64,000 nucleotides of DNA, taken from contig JBHGNT010000002.1 in the NCBI GenBank assembly GCA_043228905.1, positions 25,048,001-25,112,000 on the forward strand, in the 5' to 3' direction. A program made the translations under genes and the position numbers. Positions 23,202 to 34,300 of the stretch are shown here, piece after piece (position 1 is the stretch's first letter; every line of letters starts with the position of its first letter). The notes under the pieces are model-generated. The model was not told the DNA's origin, did not search any database, and worked only from the letters and a program-made list of their open reading frames with translations. The stretch comes from Azolla caroliniana (taxonomy: Eukaryota > Plantae > Polypodiophyta).

Positions 23202-25873
23202 TTTGGTGAACCCAACGTGAAGGCAACGACAAGGAGAAATGGAGGAGCAAATGAGGCTTATGTGTACGATGGTGGAACGAATGATGCGAGAGCAAGGTAT
23301 GATGGCAAGCATCGACAAAGTCGTCGACAATATTCTTGCACGAGTAGGGATCTTCGAAGGTATGAATTTAACAAGGTTTCTGAAGATTTACAATGAAGAA
23401 ATGCTTAAACGAGGTGTCGACAAAGTTGCAAAAATTAATAGCTTTAATCGAGTCATTGCGATTGGGCTACAAGAAAGGGTCCAGGAGCTACAGAGAGAGC
23501 ATCATACATGGGCGACTTTCGAAAGAGCATTATTGAATGAATACAACCTCAACGACATGTCAAGGATGACAAGGAAAGCTTTGATGGATTGGGTAGAGTC
23601 TGATAAACATTTAAGTGTTTTGGAAGTATTAAAAGAATTTTCAGAAAGATTTGAGCAATTAAATGTTAGAGATAGAAATATAATAATGCCAGATAAAGTA
23701 ATATTGTTTCTACAAGCTACTAATATTAAAGACAGGACGGACTTGCGAATGCTTTTAAAAGATCAGAATAGTCCAAGTGGACTTACCGAAGACTGGGAGG
23801 AGGTGAAAAGGACGTGTGCCCATTTCTGCAAAAGAAAGTTATGGTTTATGGAGTTGCCCGACAGAAATGATGAAGAAGCGGGGAACGAGTCAGGAGAAAA
23901 GAAAGTAGAAGAATCACTCTTACAGGAATTGGTGAAAGGCATGAAAGACTTGTCGATCAAAGTGACGAAGCTAGAATCAGGACAAAGCTCAACTTCGTCA
24001 AGGCGAGGTGGAATGGTCCGAAGGTGTATGTGGTGTGATAATATCGACCACCAGAAGAAAGATTGTCAAGAGCATAGGGATGCTCTTAAACATAATAAAA
24101 TCTACTATCAAGATGGCAAGATTCACTCGACAGAGACTCGACAACCACTTCAACTCAACTTCGGGCAAGGAGGAATGAAAAAGATAATGGAAGACGTCGA
24201 GAGAGAAACGACTCAAGCGATACAATCAGTGGCAACCTTAGGGTTGCACGTAGAAGACTCTTATGGTGGATCTGACTTTTGGCAGGGTGTGATGGAGTAT
24301 GCAAGAAAAGGGAAGGTTCAAGTGGATGAATTAAAAAGAGCGGTAGATGAAATACGACACTTCATTGGATGGAATGATACAATAAACACACTATCAGCAT
24401 TTGCCCAAGTGAATGTACAAGATGCACTAGTGGAAGAGAAGCGAAAGAGAGCTGAGGAGGCTGATTCGGCAAAGAAACATGAGACACAAGAACAACTTCA
24501 AACAAGAGAGATGGAAAAGGATGCTCTTGAGTCGAAAGAAGTTGATAAAGTCAAAGGGAAGACATACCCAACTTTTAAGATTGCTTCGGACACAAAAGCC
24601 ACAGTGGATATAAAACATCTCATGAAAGAAGTTACGAAAGAGTGTGCAGCAACAAGTCTCCAAGATTTGGATCATGAATCCATCAATGTTGCCGGTGTAA
24701 AGAAGATAAATGATGTAGGCATTCATGAAGGGGATAGGAGTCATTATACAAAGAACCATTGGGCTCAAGCAACAACGGAGGCGCCTACAAAAATTATAGA
24801 GCAACAAATTCCTTGTATTGCTTTGATGGATCATGGATCAGAAATTAACATGATGTCATCGGAATGTTGTTCTCAATGAAGGTGGCCAATCGATAAGAAT
24901 CATGGTTCGAAGAAAAGAGTTGCAACAGAGATGATGGAGGATCTATTCGGAGCATGTCCTAATGTGAAAGCAACAATGGGAGATGTGTCGGTGGATGAAA
25001 ATTACTCGTAGTGAGTATGGAAACAAAGGATGGTGAACCATACATCAACGTAGTAAGGATGGAAACAACTGTGATTAATGATGATTCAACTTTCGCGAGG
25101 ATCAAGAGTCAGGATGGAAGGAAGAGGGGCCATATCTTAACCATGACGCCTAACCATGAAAGAAACAAAGAATGCTTGAGGGGACATCCAATTCAGAAAC
25201 GGAATGAAGAGTTTTTCCAAGACTTTGGATGAACTTGGCACAACTAGTGTGCAAGTTCAGAGGGGGTGGGTGTCGTGAAGGATTTGCTTCACGATATAAA
25301 AATAAACTTGAATATTGTATTAAGTAACATTTGAGAGACTTAAACCCGTAACCTCATACACCAAGGACGAAACATATACCATTAGGATAAGTTATTTTCT
25401 ATAATTATATTTTTATCACCATACTTATGACATGTGTATCTTCATACATTAGAGCTTAGATGAGCATGATGGTTATCATGCATCACATGTAAAGCATGTG
25501 CGCCAAATAGCGATCATGCATCACATGCATCACATGCATTACATGCATGCCATGCACCTCCATATCATCATATGCATGAGAGAACCTATAAAGAGAGGCA
25601 AGGAATTAAGGGATGAATCAATGGGAAAACAGGGTAATCAATCAATTAAGGGAAATTTAGAGAATAATAATCATATACTATTACTTCTTAAGTCATACAT
25701 TATCTTTGTCTCTAATCTACGCTCGTCTCTTTGTCACACAATACTTTTAACTCTTATTCTTCTTATCCTTAATCTTCCTAACATCAATGCACAAAGCCTT
25801 ATAAAATATATTGCTGACTCCCTTTAACCTTAGTCCCTGCGACTTCGTTGCAGGAACCACAACTAGTCTGACA
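23202..25873 (+). mobile_element. Non-autonomous Gypsy-type element E: tRNA-Trp PBS, gag-PR only, PPT, 3' LTR; own 5' LTR absent
   Basis: PBS TGGTGAACCCAACGTGAA 23204-23221; gag ORF 23239-24879 (CMWCDNIDHQKKDC, LMDHGSEIN) and PR remnant to 25232; PPT AGAGGGGGTGGG 25259-25270; LTR 25271-25873 TGTCGTGAAG...CTGACA. Confidence 0.85.
25298..25396 (-). promoter_or_regulatory. Degenerate tRNA-like Pol III cassette, antisense in U3 of the E LTR
   Basis: Minus strand: TATCCTAATGGT (25389-25378), AGGTTACG, GGTTTAAGTC (25346-25337), T5 at 25302-25298. Confidence 0.5.
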
Positions 25874-28800
25874 GCGTAGTGGCTCTCCGCAAGCTCGTCT
25901 TCCGCAGCCATCTCGTCGAGGAGTGCCGCCCTTACCTAAACCGGCTTCTCAGGCTCCGGTTCCGTCGCGAGACGCTTTCTCTTCACGAGGTCCACGATGT
26001 TGTCGTGGAATTCCCTTCTCGCGATGCCAAGCACTTCCCTAAGCGTGAGTTCTACGCAACTATCGAGTTCTCGCTCCTCTAGAACCTTCTGTAGGTTCGT
26101 TGTTTTCTCGATCTCCGAGCTTAAACGGAAGCTCGGAATCCTGCCCTTCTCTTTCTCCTGGGACCCGGTCAGAGTGACATCATGTCTTCTCAGCGCACTT
26201 CGAGTGTCATTCCTCCCCGAAGGGCTGTTACCGGTCGGCAAAGGAGTCCAGAGTGGGAAACGGAGAGCTAATTAAGTAGTAGGAATGTGGTTTAATTAAG
26301 CTATGAGTGTGGACGGACGGACCGGAAACGATATGCCGTTCCGGATCCAGACCGATCCCGAACAGGTGCGGATGGCACCGTTTTGTAATACAGACCGGAA
26401 ACCTATTTAAAGGCTCGGATACAATGTAATAGTTAGCGGTTAATTAATGAAAGCTTAAGCGTTGTTATCTCTCTGTGTTAATTGTCGTTCTGTCTTAATT
26501 GTTATATCTTACGCGTGTTATGAAGACGATCCTAATAAGTAACTTAATTAAGTCGGATTAAGCGTTGAAGTCTAATCCGGTTGCCGTAACACCCTTTGGT
26601 GAAGTGTCTCCCGTAGACACCCTGTGTTAGGCCATTGTCCGGCCCAAAGAGTTAACACAGTTTTTGGCGACCACGATTCCTGTTTTTGCAGCGAACGACG
26701 GCACGGATGGATGTCTAGATCAACGCACGACCTGGTTACAGATCGAACTCAACGCCTTGCCGAAAGGCAAAGGAGACGCGAGGCTTTCCAGCAAGCGGTG
26801 CAGGAAATTAGAGCGGATCGCTCGTTTTCCAATGTAATCCGGAGAGTAGCGGAGGACTCCCTCTGGTTACAGCAAACATCGCACCCGGACGACGGCAGCA
26901 GCCTAAGCAGCCTCCGGGAAACCGAATCCCTTCTCCACGCGTTGGCAAACGGAGAAGGCGAAGCAGAGGCCTTTTTAGCATATGAATCGGACTCCGAAGG
27001 GGAATACAACGTGCACACGAACTACCGTAGCAGCAACGAAACCCCGGGTGGACCGGAGGACGAAGGATTGGATACCTTACCAACACCGGAACCGGAACCG
27101 GAAGTGCTAACGCTGGAACCCCCGGAACCAGCAGAAGAAGAACGACCTCCGACACCGGAAGTCGAAGAGGAGAGGCCTCCGTCACCAAAGGAAGAGAAAC
27201 AACCGACACCGAAATCAAATCGGGAAAGACCACCGACACCGGAGAAAATTCCGGAACGAGCACCAACACTACCAGCCCGCGCACCGATACCGAACGACGA
27301 CATGTCGTTCCAGTACTCCAAATATAGAGATGATCCAGACGCGGAAGCTCATGTGCACGCCTTTGAACAGACATGGGAAGCCAACCATGTGTCCCAGCGA
27401 TTGACCCCAGAAGAAGAAGAACGCTCTAAGATAGCGGAATTTGGCGTCACATTGGAGGGACCAGCAGCAAGATGGCGCCGGACGTAGGACCCGTCTACCA
27501 TCAACACCTTTGCAGATTTAAAAGCTAAATTCATGCATTTTTTTCAAAAGGAGGTGGACCAAACCGTAATGGTAGGCTTATTTTATACCATCCGGCAAGA
27601 GGCAGGGGGAGAGCATTCCCCAATTTGTCATCCGGTTTCAACGGATGCATAGTCAGCTTACCCGTGCACCCCCGGAGGAGGAATTACGGACGATATTCCT
27701 AAACGCGCTCCGGGAACCCCTACGCACGGTTTGCACGGTAATCGATTTCCGCACAAGTACCATCGACCAGGTCATTGACCGGGTGAAAGAGATGGAAAAG
27801 ACAAGCTCCTGGCTCACACTGGGCGCACTTCAACGGGCGTTACTGTCCGATGAAGACCTCCGGTTTCGGCAAGCAATACAGTGCACAACCTGCTTGAATT
27901 CCGGACACTCGGCTCTAGAATGCACTATGAGGACGCAATGTGTAATCTGTCAATCCAAGAGCCATACGACGGATAGGTGCGAGTATAATCTGTTGACTCG
28001 GCAAGCACCGCCCGTCCGACAAATTGAGCCACGCAGCAGCAGGGATGAAGAAGACGAACGCTGGCGGCGAATGGACCGTGACCGACCGGCACAGGATGTC
28101 CGGTATGGCAAGCGAAGGGAAAAAAATGTCCAGTAAGGCGAGCGACGGGAAAATGATGTCTGGTACGGTGATCGGCGAGAGAACTATGACCGGCATGATC
28201 GGTACCAGGATTACAATAGACGATACGAACAGTACGACCGGGAGCACTCCCCCGGGTATCGTCAACAACGGGAGGAATACGGCAGATATAACGGGCAACC
28301 CCGTCAAGAGTACCGTAATAAGAAAAGCTATAACAAAAAACGGCATTTTAAAAAAGGCGGCTACCCCTGGGATCCGGACCAAGGAGCTCCAAGTAGCCAA
28401 CCGGTACAAAACCCCGCGCGTACCGTAGGACCTGCCCCGGTGTCGTGAAGAAAACCGTCCAAGGGTGGAATTGGGGCACCAAGGCGTGGGAACCGGCTCT
28501 TCACGCGCGTGCGCGCCAAGTTGTACATAGAGAGGGATTAGGTACCTAGGAGGATCAAAGTGGTTAGATACGGTAGGTAGAAATTTAATGCCGAACGGCT
28601 CCGTCTGGACCTATAAAAGGAGGAGGACGGGGAAGAAGAAAGCATCGCGACTTGGCGAGGACGAAGTGCTGTCGAACTGCGAAGAGGCTCTTCTTTCCTG
28701 GAGAGAAGATCATCGGACGCTGCAGAGCCTGGGGATTCGTCGTTTCTGCTGCGTGGGAAGCCCGAGTGCTTCCGGCAGAGGCTCCCTGTTCTGCTGCTGC

Positions 28801-29250
28801 TTCGAGGTCGCGGATTTGGGCGCAGAGGTCGTGATCCGTCGGGAGTTCGCTGTCTCTGCTCCGTGGACAGCCCGTGTGCTTCCGGCAAAGACACTCCTCT
28901 TCTGTGACATTCTGCTCCTGTGGGTGCGTGAGTGGGACCCGTGTTGGGACCCTTGCCGGCGTGCCGGTTGTAAATGACAGTTTGTATTCTCTGTTTAATT
29001 GAAGTCTAGCAGTCTCGTCCTTTCTTGCTCTTGTTGTCTCCCTCGTCTCTTGTGCAGTCGGTCTTTCACACACACACACACACACACGAATACACACCCG
29101 CCTGCTCTTCTCCTCCATCTTCTTCGTTCTCACTCTCACTCTCTCCTTGGTTCGAGACCCCCGTGGTCCCGCCTCTGTTCCTACACGTACCCGCGGAAGA
29201 CCGCGACATCTTTGGTGAACCCGACGTGAACAGGCGGCAGAGGAGTGATA

Positions 29251-31371
29251 ATGAGAGGGTCTGAGCTTGCCGAAGCTATGGCGGTAGCTGTCGACCGGCT
29301 AGTAAATGCTCGGGAAGGAACGGGTGCTCTCGACAGAGCCATTGAGTCGGTCGTTGGCACTATAGGCCGGTTCGGAGGGAAGGATGCCACGAGCTATTTG
29401 GAGGCCTACCGGGCCGAAATGATCATGAGGGACATACTGACGGACAGGCGGCTGTCCGGATTTCCTCGGGTGGTGGCACCGAGCATCCACGCGGAGGTGC
29501 TCGAGGTGCTGACCGGTTGCCAGACATGGGAGGAGTTCGAGCTGCGGCTCCTCGAGAGATACGGGTTAGACGACTCACTTCGGTTGTCGAGACTAGACTT
29601 CATGGCATGGGTTGAAAGCCCCGGAAAAGGGAGGAACACGACGGCGCTCCTCCAGGAATTCGAAAAACGGTTCGCGCGGCTGTCGACGCTGGATCGGACC
29701 GTACTGGAGACGAGTCAAGTACTACTGTTTGTCAAGTCGGTGGACGCGCTTGACAGAGAAAAGGTGGGTCTCCTATTGGAGACGGACGAAGGGCTCACGG
29801 CAGATTGGGCCGTGGTTAAACGGGTCTGCAGCCGTTTTGACAAACGACATGAGTGGAGCGACGGGGCCCCGAAGGCCCCAGTACGAAGACCTGAGGTGTC
29901 AGTATCGGCGCCGGCAAGGAGGGAAGAGACCCGACCCTGGCTAGAGAAGGGGTCGACCTCGAACGACCAGGTTAAAGGGTCTTCCGGAGGTGCGGCCCTG
30001 GAGGAGTTAACGCAAATGGTGCGGGACCTGCAGATCGCGCAGGCACGAAGGGACAGTAGTGAACCGCCCCGCGACCAGAGGCCACCTGCATTGCAACGGT
30101 GCATGTGGTGTGACGCGCCCGGTCATATTCGGAAAGACTGCGCGGATTTCGCTGGGGCGCTCAGAGCCAACGTAGTGTACCTCTCGAACGGACGGGTGCA
30201 CGCAAGCGAAACCCGCAGAGCCTTGGAGCTGAATACGGGGCATGGCGGAATGAAGCGACTGATGGAGGAGGCTGCCGCACGACACGCGGAGGCAGCAAAC
30301 TATGCGGCATCGGCGGGAATCCGGGTCGGGGGTGACAAGGCCCGTAAAGAGAAGGATTCCGAATTCTGGCCACTTGTGTTGGAGAACCTTTCCGAAGCGC
30401 GGTTGAAGAAAGAAGAGGCCGACCGCGCGGAGCAAAGGGTCCAGGAGGTTACCGGGTGGGACGATCAGGTCGAAGAGAAAACAGGCTTCGTGGAAGCCGC
30501 ATGCCAGAACTACGAGGTTCTGGTAGAGGACAAACAAGCGGGAAGAGCCGGAGGGGTCGGTCCCTCGAAGCGGTACGAGACCCGGTTCGGTCCGAAACCG
30601 AACAATGCCGGCAACCCAAGCGTGCCGGATGGGAAGAAGCAGGCCGGGTTCTGGCTGAGCACCGAGATCGAGAGGACGACGGACCTACGGAAGGTCCTCG
30701 AGGAACGAATCCTTGACAGCAAAGTGGAACTGTCGTTGCGGGAGGTGCTTGGAATCGCCAAAAGGGAGTTCCACGACTCCATTGTCGACTTGGTGAAGCG
30801 GAAGAGGCTCTCGACGGAGCCGGATCTGGAGAGGCCGGTGGAAGTGCGGACGACGCACTTGGAAGATTCAGCCCTGAAGGACGAGTTGGCCGAGAGCCAC
30901 TATGCGAGGCCACATTGGGCCAGGGCAACTACGGAAACACCTGTGAGGATCGGCGACGTTCCGGAGCCGGTGGTGGCGCTGGTAGACCATGGGTCCAAAA
31001 TCAACATGATGTCCATGGAGTTCTACAGGAAGGGAAAGTGGCCGATCAACACCAAGCACGGGTGGAAGATACGGGCGGCGACGTGCGCTACGGAAGAGCT
31101 GCATGGGGCGTGCCCGAATGTACGGGTAAAGATCGGCGACGTCGAAATCGATCAACACTTCTTCGTGCAAGAGACGTCTTCACACCCGGTGATTCTCGGT
31201 GAACCGTATATCACGGCAGCGCGCATGGAGACGAAGGTGCTGGATAACGGTTCGGCGTATGCGCGTGTGAAGAGCCAGGACGGACGGCACTCCGTCCAGT
31301 TCATGACCGTATGCCCAAACCATGAGCGAAATCGGAAAACCCTCGGCGGCGATGGCCGCGAGGATTTTTAG
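29251..31371 (+). CDS. Gag-protease of element G
   Basis: CMWCDAPGHIRKDC knuckle, ALVDHGSKIN protease-like site and VILGEPY; ends GAG GAT TTT TAG. Confidence 0.9.
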   Translation: MRGSELAEAMAVAVDRLVNAREGTGALDRAIESVVGTIGRFGGKDATSYLEAYRAEMIMRDILTDRRLSGFPRVVAPSIHAEVLEVLTGCQTWEEFELRLLERYGLDDSLRLSRLDFMAWVESPGKGRNTTALLQEFEKRFARLSTLDRTVLETSQVLLFVKSVDALDREKVGLLLETDEGLTADWAVVKRVCSRFDKRHEWSDGAPKAPVRRPEVSVSAPARREETRPWLEKGSTSNDQVKGSSGGAALEELTQMVRDLQIAQARRDSSEPPRDQRPPALQRCMWCDAPGHIRKDCADFAGALRANVVYLSNGRVHASETRRALELNTGHGGMKRLMEEAAARHAEAANYAASAGIRVGGDKARKEKDSEFWPLVLENLSEARLKKEEADRAEQRVQEVTGWDDQVEEKTGFVEAACQNYEVLVEDKQAGRAGGVGPSKRYETRFGPKPNNAGNPSVPDGKKQAGFWLSTEIERTTDLRKVLEERILDSKVELSLREVLGIAKREFHDSIVDLVKRKRLSTEPDLERPVEVRTTHLEDSALKDELAESHYARPHWARATTETPVRIGDVPEPVVALVDHGSKINMMSMEFYRKGKWPINTKHGWKIRAATCATEELHGACPNVRVKIGDVEIDQHFFVQETSSHPVILGEPYITAARMETKVLDNGSAYARVKSQDGRHSVQFMTVCPNHERNRKTLGGDGREDF

Positions 31372-34300
31372 AGGACTATCAGGGCGTGGGGCCGCGATAG
31401 TCCGGGCACCCCGGACGAACCCCACACTTGTACAATAGGTAGGAGGTTTTGGTTCTCCGAAAACGGAGGCTGTACCATAGCCAGGATTAGAGGCAAGGAG
31501 AGAAAACGGGAGGAGGAGCGACTCAAGGCGTGCGGAGTCCTCGGCCCCGACGAAGAAATCAGTGGCGCCGTGGAGGCGGTCTCCTTCGACGACACCTTGG
31601 GAATGCTGGGGAAGGTAGTCGAAGAAGACCTTAACGAAGACCGGACGATACCGGTATGTTCCGAAGAGATGTACGAAGTCATCGCGGACTTTGGTCGGGG
31701 GCTCGAGTCGGATCGGACGGCCCGAGTAAGCACCAAGTACAAGACTGTGGACCGGAAGGTAAGGCCAGTCGCGGTACCCTTGCCGGAGGGCAGCGAGTCG
31801 CGAATCAAAGGGGTTGCATCGGACCCCAGCTTACGAGATCCGGCCTGCATAGGACACACCTTCACCAACGAGACGCTCCGGGAGCTCAAAATCGGTGGGG
31901 GCGGGTTCCTACTACTGGCGGAGGAAGACCGGTTTCGGAGAATGCTCGGAAGGCACGGGAAAGCCTTCGCATTCTCACCGGAGGAAATCGGGTGCGTAGA
32001 CCCGACGATCGTAGAGCCGATGGTGATATTCACGGTACCGCATGTACCGTGTAATCTCAAGCCAATTCCGGTTCCGAGAGGTCACATCCCGAAGTTGATG
32101 GAGCTGTTGAAGCAGAAAGTTGATATGGGCATTCTCGAGCTGTCGAGCGCCCCGTATTCAAACCGATGGTTTACCGTACCAAAGAAAAACGGATCATTGC
32201 GCTTCATTCAGGACCTGCAACCGGTCAATAGGGTGACCATTCGGAACGCAAGGATCGGACCGACCATAGACGAATTCGCGGAGGCCTTCGCCGGAAGGTC
32301 GATTTACTCGGTCGGTGATCTATACTCAGGGTACGACCAGTTCCAGCTAGCCGTGGAGAGCAGAGACATTACGACGATGCGAACTCCCCTCGGCCTAGTG
32401 CGGATGTGTACGCTGCCGCAAGGAGGGACCAACTCGGTGGCCCACATGGTGAATGCGATGAACAAGGTTCTGAGGGACTGCATCCCGGACATCACCATGC
32501 CGTTTCTGGACGACATCCCGATCAAGGGATGCCCGGTAGCAGAGAAGGACGAGACGATCGGGCCGGACGGATGCCGGCGATTCGTGGCGACGCACATCGA
32601 CGACTGCGAGAAGGTGCTGCAAAGGCTAGAGGCTGCGAGGCTCACCTTCTCGGGGGAGAAATCAGCCTTCGGGCAGTCGGAAATCATGGTGGTCGGACAT
32701 TTATGTGGGCCAGATGGCCGGAAACCGTCTCCGGCAAAGGTAGAAGCCATCTCCGCGATGAAGCCCGACTGCAGCTCGGTCACGGAAGTACGAAGATTCC
32801 TGGGGGCATGCGCATTCTACCACATATGGATCCCGCATTACGCCCACGTTGCGGAGCCGCTATACGGGCTGCTGAAGAAAGGGCAAAAATTCGAATGGCG
32901 AAACGAGCATACGGAGTCGGTCCGGAAGATGAAGGAAGCTCTTGCAGCAGCACCGGCGCTCCGGAAGGCTGTTTACGGGAAGGGTACCCCGGTATACATA
33001 ACGGTGGATACGAGTCCGACCGGGATCGGATGGGTCGTCAACCAACAAGACGAGGACGGCAATCGGTTCCCGATCCGATTCGGCGCGAAAGTCCTCAGTG
33101 AGCGGCAGCGAGGATATGCCCAGGTTAAACGCGAACTCTGGGGTGTCGTTTCGGCGGTAAAGGCCGACAAAGACTATCTGATCGGGACAGAAGTGATTAT
33201 CGAGACGGATTGCTTGCCAATTCTCGGCATGGTTTCCGGATGCGCGACGCCGGACCTGGCGATGCTCAGGTGGATAGCGTACATCAAGTCCCTGGACCCG
33301 GAAATACGACACATTTCCGGGAAAGACAACGCCATGGCCGACATGCTTTCGAGGGCGAGGTTCGATGACGAGGGCGGCATGGTTTCGGAGGACGAAGAGG
33401 TCGGCGTGGACTTCTTCGAGGCAGCAAACGTAACAACCGACGGGACGAGCACTCCGGCGCTTAACGACTTCGACGCGAGCAAGTACGACGGGGAGTGGCT
33501 GCAGATCGGCGGGTTCTTGAGGACAATGGCGCCGGATGCGTCGTGGACGAAAGACGAGGCCAACCGGATCCGGAAGAAAGCTTACTGGTTCTTTCTCCGG
33601 GATGGCTATCTATGGAAGCACCCGAAGAAGAGGGACGGCGCTCCACTCCGGGTGGTGGCGATGAAGGAAGAACAGGAGGAGCTGCTGACGGCCTACCACG
33701 ACAGCCCTTGGGCCGGACACCGTGGAACTTGGGCCACGTTCGAGAAGATAAAGGAGAAGTACTGGTGGCCGGGACTGTACCGGGACGTGCATCGATTCGT
33801 GACAACTTGCGAGAGCTGTCAGATGCACTCCGTGGTCCGACACCGGGACGAGCTTCACCCTACGTACCCTCCGACCATCCACTTCAAATGGATGGTAGAT
33901 CTGGTGACGATGCCAATGGGGGTAGGACAGATGCGGTACCTGGTCCTAGCGCGGGAGGATCTGACGAACCAGGTGGAAGGCCGAGCCCTTCCGAACAAAA
34001 CGACCGCGGCCGTATGTCGGTTCCTAATCGAGGACGTGATATGCCGGTACGGGTGCGTCGGGAAGATCGTGGCTGACCGAGGGGAGTTGGACGCCGAAGA
34101 AGCCGCGGAGCTGTTCGACCGGCTGGGAGTCAAGCTCTCGCTCACCACTGCGTACAATCCGGAGGCGAATGGGAAGGTGGAGCGCGGACACGGGCCGATC
34201 GTCAAGGCGTTGGTTCGGGCATGCGGAGGCCAAGTCGGTAACTGGCCGCGGCTGTTACCTTATGCTTTGTGGGCAGACCGGACTACGCACAGTTCGGTAA

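Noticed and set aside
26586-26610. Internal GTAACA followed by TGGTGAAG as an alternative LTR end and PBS in F
   Set aside because: LTR identity and the AGGGC TSD extend to 26657/41510, and I could not match the motif to a tRNA.
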